NCBI GenBank assembly: GCA_951406725.2
Contig: OX597816.1
Location: 138,074,001-138,138,000, forward strand
Source: Octopus vulgaris
Lineage: Eukaryota
DNA: 64,000 bases
Reading direction: 5' to 3'
The position numbers and the translations under genes were made by a program. The notes below the pieces were generated by a model. That model had not been told where the DNA came from. It did not search any database and saw only the letters and a list, made by a program, of their open reading frames with translations. The stretch's first letter is position 1. Every line of letters begins with the position of its first letter. Shown here piece by piece: positions 39,963 through 53,424 of the stretch.

Positions 39963-40769
39963 TGCGGCAAACAAGGCCAAAATTTTAAGAATATTCACCT
40001 CATCATACTTGCTTGTTCCGAAACGAACTAAATGAATGATTAATATATATATATATATATATATACAGAAATATTACTAGTAAATAATAATATTGATGGT
40101 GATCGCCACCAATATTATAATTTACTAGTTATATTTATGTATATATGCATGTACATATATGTGTGTGTTTTTTAAACCGTTTAAAAGTAACGGTGTTGAT
40201 GTTTAGGTTCTTTACTTCTATAGGCTCTTCGTCAGTCGAGTTAGATCTCGCACCAGCACGTGTATGGGCGGCGCTGACCTGATCCCTATGCGTGGAAATC
40301 GCTCCACTCTGCAGCAATGTTTAACGAAATGAATGGCCCAATGGTTTGCAACATCAATAATACGAAAGTGTCTCAATGAAATATTGGAATTGAGTTTGTT
40401 TAAATCTGTCATGAGTTTAACAACAATTTGATTGTAAAGCTTTAAGGAACATTTTAGACTCTTTTAGCACTATTTCAAATTTAATGAAGACTGGTTGAGC
40501 TTTGGTATGCTTCGATCACAATCAACATTTTTTTCTTTCCGTCTCAGACATTAGAATGCGACCATGCTGGAGCACCAGCCTGGACAACTTTTAGCCGAAT
40601 GAATCGACCACTTTACATATATTTTTAGAGACTGCTATTTAATCTAATCGACTGTTTTTGTCAAACCGCTAAGTTACGTAGGCGTAAACAAATCAACACT
40701 GGTTATCAAGCGATGGTGGGGGGCAAGCACAGGTACAAAGATACACACACATGCACATATATATATGTG

Positions 40770-40876
<107 letters not shown>

Positions 40877-40944
40877 AAATTCAGGGTGTATACTTGATAC
40901 AGACCATTCATAATGTGATACAAGTCTTTGGTGTAGCAATTGCA

Positions 40945-41038
40945 TGCGGCTGAAGAGGGCTTTAAACTATCTGTTATGTCGATTATACATTGATGTAAGA
41001 ATAGGTTGTTTTATAAAGCTCGAAACATGTGTTCCGCG
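40945..41038 (+). ncRNA. Type I hammerhead with long stem II
   Basis: UGCGG CUGAAGA GGGCUUUA..UUAUGUCGAU uauac AUUGAUGUAA..UAAAGCUC GAAA CA ug UG UU^ CCGCG; complete consensus core. Confidence 0.8.
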
Positions 41039-41085
41039 ACATCCTTTGTGTTCTGTTTTTTTTATTTCATTTGATAGATTGGTAA

Positions 41086-41152
<67 letters not shown>

Positions 41153-41489
41153 CATAGGTTCATAGATACATAGATAGATAAACACACACACACGTACGCA
41201 CACATACACATATACGACGGGATTTTTTCGGTTTTCGTCTATCAAATCCACCCACAAGACTTTGGTCGGTCCGACGCTATTGCAGAAGGTACTTGCCCAA
41301 GGTACCACACAGTGGAAGTGAACTAGGACTTATGCGATTCGGAAGCAAGCTTCTTACCACACAGCCACATCTGCGTTTCAGCTCTCCTTCACCAAAATAC
41401 TTTTCGCTAGATGTTTTATTTGGATATGTAACGTCTATGCAATTTCAATGTCTCTTTTAAAGACACAGTAGTACATAAGCTATAATGAA

Positions 41490-41900
41490 ACAATGAGCAA
41501 AATGTTGGAGATTGTCAACCGACAGTGTACGATTATTAATAATTTGAAGCATAAACAAATTCTAACTAAAGATGCCCTAACAAACTAGTAATTTTAATAA
41601 ATTGAGACAGTAACCATTTGAGTCGCTAGAAAACGAAGAAAGTAACCACTGTGACTCTATAAGGTTTAGTTAATAGAAATGTGGAGGCCGTAGCCAGTTG
41701 AGATAGCAATCATTTGAAATATTATCTAATTGAGACAGCAAGCATTTTACAAAGTAGATGGTTGACAGAATAAACAACTCAGTCTTTAATATTTCGTGAT
41801 AAAATCTATTTGAAACACTAACAATTGGTGACACAAACCATTTGTGCCTATATCAATTTGAGACAAGTAATCCTTTGAAACATCAATAACTTGAAGAATT
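41490..41900. repeat. Degenerate ~32-bp tandem repeat
   Basis: Recurrent AATTGAGACAG..A.CATTTGAAA motif at roughly 32-33 bp spacing. Confidence 0.6.
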
Positions 41901-44656
41901 AATACAAAGTGAACATGCAATATAACATCCAGGAATATGATAATGATGGTTCGGAAGTGGTGGGGATAAATTTATTTATCTTCTAGTCGGGAAAGCCATT
42001 TGAAATGTTAGGGAATATACTAAAGGGTCACGATATGAAATTTCGGAGAGGAGTAGGTAGTGAGAGTTAAAAGGATAATTGAGATGAAATGAGAGAAATA
42101 TTCGGTGACGAGAACGAAGAAGAGAAAATATTTTAAGAGTAGCTGAAGGAAGATGAAGAAAAGAAGAGAAAAAGAGAAAGATAGTGACATACTGAAGAAC
42201 GAAATGGAAAGAAATAGAATTGGCTATGAGAAAGAGAGAGGGGAAACTTCAATACAGAGGAAGAGAACGAAGTGGAAAAGGAATGCATAAAACTGAGAAA
42301 GCGAAGTGCTCGTTATAGCTGTTGTTTAGCCCTGAGTCCATCTAGATCAAGCAGCTCTATGATCATTTTTGGCGATAGTGTATCTGACAAATCATTTAAT
42401 ATGTCAATTTTATAAAGGCTATTCTACATAATTTGAGAGAAAGCTGACTGCTATATCTAGCGTGTAGAGTTACTGCGTAGATGCTCCCTTACTGGCTCGT
42501 AGTATAGGGGTAGGTGTAGCGGTATAAATAGGGTAATATTAGTGTGTAATGGGTAGGTTAGGTGGATGTATGGTAATTGCAGATGTATGAGTTGGGTAAG
42601 TGGAAATAGAGAGGTAGAAAGACTGGACATAAGTCGGGCTGACATAAACGTGCAAATTCCCAAAGTGGCAAAAGCTCAAATGAACGACATCAATGTCGAC
42701 AGGAATAACCGTAGCAGCCATTATTAACGCATCACCGAACAGCAGCTCGTGCATAAACGTATGTTTTTCTTCAAGGCACGAGTATCACTCTCGCTTTTAC
42801 TGCATCTTAAGTCGAAAGATTATTATGACCAAGCAGACTAAAAGGGCAGCATTTTGAGACGTTGACGTAAATGTTCATCAATTCGAAACGTTAATCATTA
42901 TGGAAGTTTTCAGTTTCGCTCGTTGAAACACATCATTAAAAACTCCACTGAGTGACTTAGTCAGCCTTTAGTCACCAAAACATTACAATTAATAGCCCAA
43001 CACTACGCTGCATTCCCCCTCTGTGCTTATTCTACCATTAATATAAAAGTCCTTGCTTCTTTGAATTAACAAATCTAGTAAACATATAACATTAATTCAT
43101 TTAACTTCTATCATCCAGTATTTCGTCCTCAAGATCCTGATAATCAGAACGCTTCATCCAATCATTCTCCTCCAGATCTGCAATAACTTTCTCAATATCC
43201 ACATTTTGTTTATAGAAATCAACCTAAATATTACTCACCCTCATCAATTCTTGACCTAAACAGTCGAGGACGATCTATAAATTTTATATATATATATGAT
43301 GGCCTCTCTTGTCGAAGACGGTGTATGAACATTCAGCTACTGCCGAAGGACCTGCACAAATAATTTGTTTATAATGATCAAATTTTCTTGCCGCACTTTA
43401 GCTCACTCCCATCAAATCGACGTTGTCTGTAGAGGTGTACAGTGTACCACGTGTCAGGTATCGAAGTGATCGCAGAGCAACTTGGCATGAAGTGTTTTGC
43501 TCAAGAACACAACGCAGCACCCGGTCTAAGAATTGAAACTACGATCTCACGATCGCGAGTGCAACACCCTAACCACAAGGCCATGCGCCCTCGCTTATTA
43601 TAGCAGTGTGCGTATGCACATGCATATAAATATATATATGCATGCATTATGCATTCATATATACATACGTATAATATACGTGTAAGTATGTGTGTATGTA
43701 TGTATTATTGGATAACGCTTACCAAGCTAATTTCCCTTTGTTATCATGTTGATATATATGCCCGCGTGCATGTGTGTAGCCATAACAACACGTATGTATA
43801 TCTATAAATATGCTTAATACGCAAGCAATTATCAATATAGTGTTTTAGTAGTTATTTAAAATGTAAGTAGTAAAAACAAATCTGGAGTCCGTTGAAAGTA
43901 GGGATTGTTTGCATCGACTGAAATCAAATAACAATTCTCAAAAAACTGGATAAGTTTACATAATGTAAAAAAATATGCGGATTATGAATTAGTCACTCTT
44001 GTCGTCTAAATCGATATAGAAGACTTATAATGAAAATCGACTTTTGGCGCCACTATCAAATAACTCTTTATGTATATAAGCACGAATACATTTTCCAGAG
44101 GGACGTTTCTTAAGATAGCTCCGTGCAATTGGCAGAAGATTTGGCTGCTATTTCTGGCAAATATAGTGACCACATAGAAACTCTCTCGTGGCTTGTCTGA
44201 ATAAATTGTTATTTTTGTTATTGTCGTAATGAAGCAAAGCCGTGTTGAAACGCGTTCCACCACCATCTTAGCAGGACTTGGTTATCTAACGCATCGTTTT
44301 TTGTTTGTTTGTTTCTTTCTTTTACCTAAGATGGTAGGGTGTGTCTTAAGGTGTTTGGTTGCTGTGTGTAACTAGTGGGGCGACCAAATAAAGCATGGGT
44401 TTTTAATAGGAGTTCTACGACACCCTGGGGCACCGTGAGCACTTTTACCATTCTCAGTGAAAAGAAAAGACGTATTTGATAAATAAAAATGAGAAGAAAA
44501 TAGAAATCCTTAAGTCATAAATCTGCAATTTTAATGTTAAGTATTTAGGTTTATATGTATGCCTGAATCGGTCTATATATGTGTGTTTGTTTCTCTTTCT
44601 GTATGTCGATCCTTGGCGGTATGTATACATGTCTGCTTATGCGTACATTTGTCTAT

Positions 44657-45017
44657 GGTTAGGGCAGCGGACTCGCGGTCGTAGGATCGCGGTTTCGATT
44701 CCCAGACCGGGCGTTGTGAGTGTTTATTGAGCGAAAACACCTAAAGCTCCACGAGGCTCCGGCAGGGGATGGTGGTGATCCCTGCTGTACTCTTTCACCG
44801 CAACTTTCTCTCACTCTTTCTTCCTGCTTCTGTTGTACCTGTATTTCAAAGGGCCGGCCTTGTCACTCTCTGTGTCACGCTGAATATCCCCGAGAACTAC
44901 GTTAAGGGTATACGTGTCTGTGGAGTGCTCAGCCACTTACACGTTAATTTCACGAGCAGGCTGTTCCGTTGATCGGATCAACCGGAACCCTCGTCGTCGT
45001 AACCGACGGAGTGCTTC
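44657..45017 (+). mobile_element. tRNA-derived SINE family B2
   Basis: tRNA-like head GGTTAGGGCAGCGGACTCGCGG..GGTTTCGATTCCC. Confidence 0.8.
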
Positions 45018-46371
45018 CTTTTCCTTTCCTTTGTCTATGTGTCAGTTTGTGTATGTGTATATGCGTATATATGTGTGTATGTGAGTAATTTTAATGTAAC
45101 TGTGTGTGTTTCTACAGAATGCGTGTATGTGTGCGTATATGCGTATATGTGTATATGTCTGTGTTTAGATTCAGAAAGGGAAGTGAATAACTAACTTTCT
45201 TTATCAATTAATTGCGTAAGGAGGATGGGGTGAATAACATAAACACGCAGCGTATCCGATACTTTGTTAATACTGACAATTTCCCTGCTTCAGCATTTTT
45301 CATGACAAAGTCTTATGCGTGTGTATAGCATTTCAAATATGTTTGTATGTATGTAATTATATATATATGTGTGTGTGTGTGTGTTTGCGTGTATTTATGT
45401 ATGAATGCTTACATACATGCGGTTATGCTTAATCTTCATATGTGTACATTTTTGTGGCATTTAGAGGACTGCAGGTTATCTTTTTTGGAAACCAGTAGCA
45501 TACGCAGAGACGAAAATGCCATTTCTTTTATATAAAGAAGGAAGCGGAATATTGAAATTAGCTTCCTTGGGAAACAATGCCTGCGGAATACAGTTGAAAA
45601 AAATATTATAACTAATGTTTTGTGAGAGTATAAGTTGTAAGTCCTTTTGAATTGGATCCATTCGTTATAAAAAATAACTATACATCATTCTGACATGACA
45701 GACTCTGAATGAATGAGGGTGATGATGCAGTGTGGACCAGCCTATATTTGCGGAAACTCAAAAAATTCACGAAGATGAAACAGCATTTGAAATTTTATGT
45801 ATAAGTTGTTTTCACATGCTGAGAACAACTTTTATAGGCTCGTTTGTGAGTAGAAAATAAGCAATAAATCAATGATACCAAGCAAATTACAGTCCTATTT
45901 CACAGGAACACAATCTCACTTGGCGGAAAAGCATGTTGATTACTTTAACGATTTTAAAGTTTGACACTCTTACTAGAAAAAAGAAACAAAAAAAAAAAAA
46001 ACAAACAAAAAACAGCTAACGTTTCAGAAAGAGCTTTTGTATCTACTTTTATTGCTTAAAACTTATTATCAAACACGCGAAGGTGTACAACATTGCAGGA
46101 AAGTTGAAGGAACCCATTCGTAAAGAGATAGTCTGTGTTATGTTTAATAATTCAGTGAACAATGAAATCGGTGGTACAATAATGTTTATATATCCTCAAG
46201 TTGATGAAATGTTATTTAATGAGCTTGTTTATATATTAAGTTTGTTGAGAAAGATGATACATTCAACCAATTTTTATTCCTCAAGGAAGTTAAACCAACT
46301 ACCGCTGACAAAAAATATTTTTGAAACTGTAGATTCATACTTCACATCTTACTTAATATCTTGAAGTAAAT

Positions 46372-46745
46372 GCAGCGAGCTGGCAGAAACGTTAGCACGC
46401 CGAGCGAAGAAATGCTTAGCAGTATTTCGTCTGCCGCTACGTTCTGAGTTCAAATTTCGCCGAGGTCGACTTTGCCTTTCATCCTTCCGGGGTCGATTAA
46501 ATACCAGTTACGCACTGTTGTCGATATAATCGACTTAATCCGTTTATCTGTCCTTGTTTGTCCCCTCTGTGTTTAGCCTCTTGTGGCTAGTAAAGAAATA
46601 GGTATTTCGCCTGTCTTTATATTTCCGAGGTCGACTTTGCCTTTCATTTTTTTGGGGTCGATAAATAAAGTACCAGTTGCGTACTGGGGTCGATATAATC
46701 GACTGGCCCCCTCCCCCAAAATTTCGAGCCTTGTACCTAGAGTAA
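46372..46745 (+). mobile_element. SINE family A, dimeric
   Basis: Homologous to 47688-48054. Confidence 0.8.
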
Positions 46746-47687
46746 GAAAAATCTTTTCAAGTAAGTATCATGGAATTATCGTTTGTGTCCTAAGCGGGTT
46801 TCGAAACGATGAAGACAAACATGAACCGAGACGTATTAACAACTCACTGTTTCATTCATCACAAAGTATAGATGACCAAAGTCTTGAAAGCTGAATTGTA
46901 AACTGTTCCCAGCTGTGTAAAGATATTCACTTTCTGGGATTAGCTTTTGATTTTACCTTTGTCCATATAAAGTATGTCAACAAGAACAGTTTGAGATTCA
47001 CCGTTCAAGGCCTTTTGGTCATTGATATTTCATGTTGTATTATTGTCTTCCAGTTGTTTCAGTCATTGGATTGCGGCCATGCTGGGGTACAACCTTCAAG
47101 AATTCTTAATCGAGCGAATCGGCCCAAGTAATTTTCTTAAGCTTGGTACTTATTCTATTGGTCTCTTTTGCCGAACAGCTAAGTTATGGGGGTCGTAAAC
47201 ACACCAACACCTGCTGTCAGGCGGAGATGACACACACACACACACACGGGCACATACATCTGCGCTCATATCTGTATATACTCGACAGGCTTCGTTCAGT
47301 TTCCGTCTACCAAATACACACACAAGGTTTTGGTCGTCCAAGACTATAGTAGAAGACATTTGCCCATGGTGCTACGTAGCGGGACTGAATCCGGAACCAT
47401 GCTGTTGAGAAGCAAGTTCTTTGTTGATTTTTTTCAAATCTTTCTTGCAACCTCATCGAGGTAAATTGTGTCACATGCATTTCATCATCAAAAAGAAGTT
47501 ATGTCATCCTTTCTCATGAGTGTGAATCGAAGAAAATATGTAGACATATTCACTGATGACCCGCAAACCTGATTTACCTTGCTACTTGAGCGCAAAAAGA
47601 AAGTAAACACATGCATACAATGATAGAAGGGATCGTGATAATTTCAAATTGACAACTACTCTTTAGGGGATAGAATAAGACGCTTAA

Positions 47688-48054
47688 GGCGGTGAGCTGG
47701 CAGAAACGTTAGCACGCCGGAAGAAATGCTTAGCGGTATTTCGTCTGCCGCTACGTTCTGAGTTCAAATTCTGCCGAGGTCGACTTTGCCTTTCATCCTT
47801 TCGGGGTCGATTAAATAAGTACTAGTTACGCACTGGGGTCGATATAATCGACTTAATCTGTTTGTCTGTCCTTGTTTGTCCTCTCTGTGATTAGCCCCTT
47901 GTGGGTAGTAAAGAAATAGGTATTTCGTCTGCTGCTACGTTCTGAGTTCAAATTCCACCGATGTCACCTTTGCCTTTCACCCTCTCGGGGTCGATAAATT
48001 AAGTACCAGTTACGTACTGGGGTCAATCTAATCGACTGGTCCCCTCCCCAAAAA
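47688..48054 (+). mobile_element. SINE family A, dimeric
   Basis: Head plus duplicated B-box/central block. Confidence 0.85.
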
Positions 48055-48359
48055 TGATGATGATGACGATGACGACGATGATGATTATACAGCTTAGGCT
48101 CAAGGCCAATTGACAAAAGCCTTCTATATGCGACAATCCCGTTTTATTTTCTGGCATACTGTAATGCTACATTAACCAGTGTCTAGAGTAAAAAGGGAGA
48201 TAACTGAAGTTCTTCCCCTTATTGTTTGTTTTACTTTGGAAAAATCTCAGTAAACTGAAGTTATTTAACGCACTTTATGAGTGCTATGTGTTCGCTTCAC
48301 AAAAATGTTCGCTTCACAACCATGTAGTTTCAAGTTCAGTCGCATTGTATGTATCAACG

Positions 48360-48760
48360 TCATGTCTTTTACTGTTTTTATTTGTATTGTTTTTACTGTC
48401 CTGTTCTTATTACCACTTTTACCCCACCGCAAAAAATCTCAAATTTTATTTAATTTGCTTTGCGAGAAGGACTGTTTCAACGAAGTCCTGTCTTGTCCTT
48501 ACCTTCGTACGCTGAGCAGACGAAACAGGGACAACTGAAGAAGGGGAATATTCCTTGTGTTGTATGTCTCATACTCTGTTTTTCGTTGTTTGAAAAAAAG
48601 TTCGTTTCCATGTTTTTTTTAATGCTTTCGTTTCTCATTGTGTTCAACGTTTTTTTTTTTTTTGGTGTCCTGTACCCATATATGCATGTATATATACATA
48701 TAGATGTAGGTATGTACATATATGTATGTATATATGCATATGTTTATGTATTATTTATGT
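48360..48760 (+). mobile_element. Element family 1 copy
   Basis: Reverse-complement homolog of 13400-13780. Confidence 0.8.
48487..48546 (+). ncRNA. Non-circularly permuted hammerhead, family 1 (GAAA lost; probably dead)
   Basis: CCUG UC^ UUGUCC uua CCUUC guacgc... GGACAA CUGAAGA a GGGG. Confidence 0.45.
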
Positions 48761-49282
48761 TATTATATGATCGAATGCCACGCTTCTATTTCCAAGTAAG
48801 TTTTATCTGTACATGTATCTCTACTTGTGAGTGTGTGTGCATGTATGTTTATAAATATATATATTTATATACGTGAGTGCATTATGTATATATGCGCGTG
48901 AGCTTTGCATGTTCGCCGTTAGGCTGCGTCTTAGCGACGTGGGTGTGGCTCCTTGAAAGTGCCAGATGTTTCAACACCTGAAAGACATACACAAGAGAGA
49001 CAACTCGCCCAACATTCCATTCATGAAATATCGATATTCATCGCTCCTGATTCGCCAGTCCACGTCTAGATACAAACTGTAAAACCCATTTGCCAGTATA
49101 TCAAGAAGATGGAAAGAAACAAAGCACATACATTGAGTAGATGTCATCAATAAAATATACAACACTACCACTGCTTCTTATTCATATTTGAATCTATTTT
49201 TATGTCTTACATCATTGTTAGAATACAAGCAAAATAGTCATAGAATTGTAATTCAGTTCGCCTTTAATTTGGTTTCTTACGT

Positions 49283-49321
49283 AATGCTGATGAGCCAGAA
49301 TCATGGTGAAACGTCGATATT
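49283..49321 (+). ncRNA. Minimal type I hammerhead (Penelope-type), stem I decayed
   Basis: CUGAUGA GCCA gaauca UGGU GAAA CG UC^; perfect core with palindromic ACGU stem III. Confidence 0.55.
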
Positions 49322-50035
49322 CTTTTCTCCTGAATGGGTTTTGGGGTGAGTTGTCTCACCTATTTAAGATCTTTTGGCGTTTTAACAGCCGGCACTTTGA
49401 GGGAGTTCATCCATACTCACTGTGCTACATCGCAACCTACCCACGAACAGGCAAGTCACATACACAGAATATGTGAGGCTGATAATGTTTACAACAACAG
49501 CGCAGCTTCTAAGTCATATTTGAATATACATACGTATGTACGTACACACACGCGCGCGCGCACGCACACACACACATTCCAAGGGTTGAACAGAAAAAAA
49601 CACGCAACAAAGACAAAATCTAGACGAAAGCATAACAAACGGAAAATTAGACAAAAATACGATACACGCAAAAATCGCAGCTGACTTCCTCGTCAGTCAA
49701 TGACCGCGACATCCTCGTGGTTTCACGCTTTTTAACGTTGAGACCATTCCATCTGTGAGTGGATGCGTCTGTGTGTGTATGCGTGTGTGTGTATTTGTGT
49801 TTGTGTGTGTATGTGTGTGTGTGGATGACAACAGTATTACTTTATGTCCCTCTAGTAGTACCGCACTAACAGGACGATGGAATAGGTAAGTGCTAGGCTT
49901 AAGATAGGTACAATTCTTCCCTTGATCAGCTGCACTTCCTATGGTGTTACCCAAAACGTTGCTGCAATCCAGTGGCTGAAATCAGTAAAAGTATTCCAAC
50001 ATGCCAACAGATATGTATGAGTGTGCATGTGTGTT

Positions 50036-50093
<58 letters not shown>

Positions 50094-50094
<1 letters not shown>

Positions 50095-50124
50095 TAGCTG
50101 AAGGTGACCCGCTCTACGCGCGGG
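50094..50124 (-). mobile_element. Helitron 3' terminus
   Basis: Minus strand reads CCCGC gcgtaga GCGGG, ~10 nt, CTAG, then T. Confidence 0.55.
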
Positions 50125-50144
50125 TAAGAGTGTGGTTGTTACTT

Positions 50145-50470
50145 TCTGTTGCTTCCTTTCAGCACGTAAAAAGCACCATCCGAACGTGGCCGATTGCAGC
50201 GCCGCCTTGACTGGCTTCTGTGCCGGTGTCACGTAAAAAGCACCAACCGATCGTGGTCGCTGCCAGCCCCCCTGGCACCTTTGCCGGCGGCACGAAAAAA
50301 GCACCCACTACGCTCACAGAGTGGTTGGCGTTAGGAAGGTCATCCACCTGTAGAAACACTGCCAGATCAGACTGGAGCCTGGTGCAGCCTCCTGGCTTCC
50401 CAGACCCCCGTCAAACTGTCCAACCCGTGCTAGCACGGAAAACGGACGTTAAACGATGATGATGATGATG
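50145..50470 (+). mobile_element. Retroposon 3' end with (GAT)n tail (RTE-type SINE/LINE tail)
   Basis: GC-rich body with repeated CACGTAAAAAGCACC, ending CGGACGTTAAAC(GAT)n. Confidence 0.6.
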
Positions 50471-51160
50471 GTTCTCCCTCTGTGTTTCTCTCTCCTTTCT
50501 CTCTCACTTTCCCACTCTCTTACTTTTCTTTTCTTTCGGACTCTCATTCGCTTTCTCTTACTCTCTATCTTTATCTATCTCTCTCCCATTTATAAACAAC
50601 AAAAGATCTTGAGTAAGTTGAGAAATATAATATTTAGAAAGATCAATCATAAATATCAGGCAGTGGCAACGGAAAGGTGTGCTTCAATGCAGACAGCAAA
50701 ACGCTAACATTTAAAAGGGACAGACGAACTTGCGAGCTGAATAAAAATAATAAAATATTGGAAACCAAAGTTTGAAGGGATAGAATTTGAGGATAGTAGA
50801 GTCACCATGGCTGGCATTTCTTAACGACGGACAGCAACGTATTGACAGTTCAACGGCTGGCGTAAAATTTTGAACTTGATGTAAAAGAAAATCCCTAAAA
50901 ACTAAATTTTGAATTGATTCTTTCTCACGACAGTAGACTCACGATGGCAAGCATTCAAATTTTCTTCATCATGGACGGCAACACATTGACGATTAAAAGG
51001 CTGGCGCAAATTTTTTAGCTTGATGTAACAGAGAATTGCTAAACACCCGCTCCTTTAAATTTTAATCCCCTTCCAGCCCTATTTAGAACCCTTTTCACAT
51101 TTTGGTTAATATAACCCGATTTCATTTGGGTCTACTGGGGCCACATTTTATAAGATGAGG

Positions 51161-51457
51161 ACTCAACCAAGTTTCCCGAGTTCTGGTCATAGACCATAGA
51201 ACACTCAACCAAGTTTCCCGAGCTCTGGTCATAGACCAGAGAACAGTCAAGCAAGTTTCCCGAGCTCTGGTCATAGACCATAGAACACTCAAGCAAGTTT
51301 CCCGAGTTCTGGTCATAAACCATAGAACAGTCAAGCAAGTTTCCCGAGTTCTGGTCATAGACCATAGAACAGTCAAGCAAGTTTCCCGAATTCTGGTCAT
51401 AGACCATAGAACACTCAACTAAGTTTCCCGTGTTCTGGTCATAGACCATAGAACACT
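51161..51457. repeat. 42-bp minisatellite, 7 copies
   Basis: Unit ACTCAACCAAGTTTCCCGAGTTCTGGTCATAGACCATAGAAC with an internal hairpin (GTTCT-GGTC ata GACC-at-AGAAC). Confidence 0.95.
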
Positions 51458-53114
51458 TAGCTAAAATCTAGTTTCTACCTAGTCTGAACCAATCAATCCG
51501 CCGCAGTCTTCATCCACACAGAGCTTACTCAACCATGTTCCAGTTCCAGCGACAGACGACCAGACCAGCCAGTCATGTTCCTGCTCCAGCCAATGACGAC
51601 GCTAACATACACCAGCAACGCCACCGACGCCTTCATCTCAACGTCGCCTTTCTCTGCCGTCGCCATCACCATCGTCGTCCTTCACCTTCACGTCGTCTCC
51701 ATCTCCGTCGCCTTCATCTCCAGCAACACTAATATGTACATAACACTCATTCAGGTTTAGCTTTCACGCTGTTATGATTTTCACCGAGGTTAACAGCACA
51801 GCACTACCTGCGAGATCTTCTGTACCAATGTAACCTGGCACAGCATTGAAGCCACAACCACTACACGACATGTGTTCAACCGGCATCTGCACTTGTGATC
51901 CGAACATCCTGTTACAGAACGAACTGCTATTATGTACTTTACAACGAACTGGTAAATTAACTCCATCTTGTCTGAAATACCCTGAGAGACTTTTCCTATA
52001 CGCTGTATTTTGTTTTGCCCGCATACACCTTGTTTGTACTTCTGTCGCACACACGAACACACATAGTTAATACACACGCAAATGCTATCTCTGTCACATT
52101 CATACGCCACACATGCCTTTCTGTTTTCCATGCTCAATGTGCCCTTGTAAACACAACTCATCTCTGTAAGACCCTAGATCGGTCACGCATACATAGAGAA
52201 AGTTGTTTGTCCCTTACAACGCGCCAGCATGCCACACTTTTGTTCCTGCACGACCGAGGCATATAATAACTCAAGCACTGGCTGGCAATCTCAGCCTTAC
52301 CGCATTAATCACTGGGATATTCAATACTGTTGCACTCATGCACCTCTGTTCTGCACGTGTACTCCCTTGTTTTGCAACACGTCTGCGTCAGCTCAATTCT
52401 TCTCCCGATTCAAAGCACGTCGGATGTTCACATGCGCTGCGCTAATGTTTAGGCATAATTTCCCCCCTGTTAGACCCCTGTTGGTCACGTAATTAACAGA
52501 GAAAATTATCTGTCTCGCACCCAAGTTGCACTCAAAAAGTGTAAAGAAGCAACCAGTTCCCTTTGCGTAACTATCAAAAAGTATTAAAAAGTTTAATATA
52601 CATAAATACAGATATATACACTTTTATATACATTATATATACATATTTATATATAGAACACACACACACACATATATATAAACGCTCGTTGGTGTGTTCT
52701 GCTTGTATTTGGTCGATGGGCGCGTTGACAGGTAGACAATAGAATGCGGTGGCGATGGCGATGGAATATTTGTTTCTCTGTATGAATGCAGACAGATACA
52801 TGAGTAAAAGTTATGGGAAGCTAAGAGATAGAGTGAGTGAAAATGTTCTTACGTTAAATAACGGGAGTGGAGCTCTCAAAGTTATAAATGAAGGGGAGTT
52901 AGGGGGGAATGTAGGAAATAGCGTGAGTGAGGAAGATGGCCCCTAGCAACCACACCTTTTAAGATAGGGATTTCTAAGGTAGCCCACGGGCATCGTCACC
53001 TCATTCTACATGTCCCTGTAAATTTTGGAGCGAATCGGACGGGACGTAGTGGCATTGAGAGCGATCCAAGCAGTAAAAACGCATTTCAGTTTTATAGATA
53101 TATGCGAACACACA

Positions 53115-53166
<52 letters not shown>

Positions 53167-53383
53167 TATACATATATATACATATACATATTTTAAATAT
53201 AAATATATATATATACATACATATGTAAAATTTATACATATATATATATATGTATATACATATATAAATGTATATGTATATATATACATATGCATATATA
53301 TGTATATATGTATATATGTACATATATATGAGTGTTCATATTTATATATATATGCATATATGTATATATGTATATATATGTAT

Positions 53384-53424
<41 letters not shown>

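Noticed and set aside
40076-40129. Imperfect AT-rich hairpin
   Set aside because: Short, low complexity, no associated motif.
40220-40240. Minus-strand CUGACGA-a-GAGC
   Set aside because: The second half (GCUC-GAAA) is absent.
49685-49750. Minus-strand GAAA-stem III-GUC followed by CUGACGA
   Set aside because: No stem I or stem II can be formed consistently with the core.
51161-51457. CRISPR-like appearance of the palindromic 42-bp repeats
   Set aside because: No unique spacers, no cas genes, eukaryotic context.
51764-52492. Cys-rich ORFs resembling EGF/EB modules
   Set aside because: Cys richness follows from TG/CA bias; stops and frameshifts; no consistent Cys spacing.
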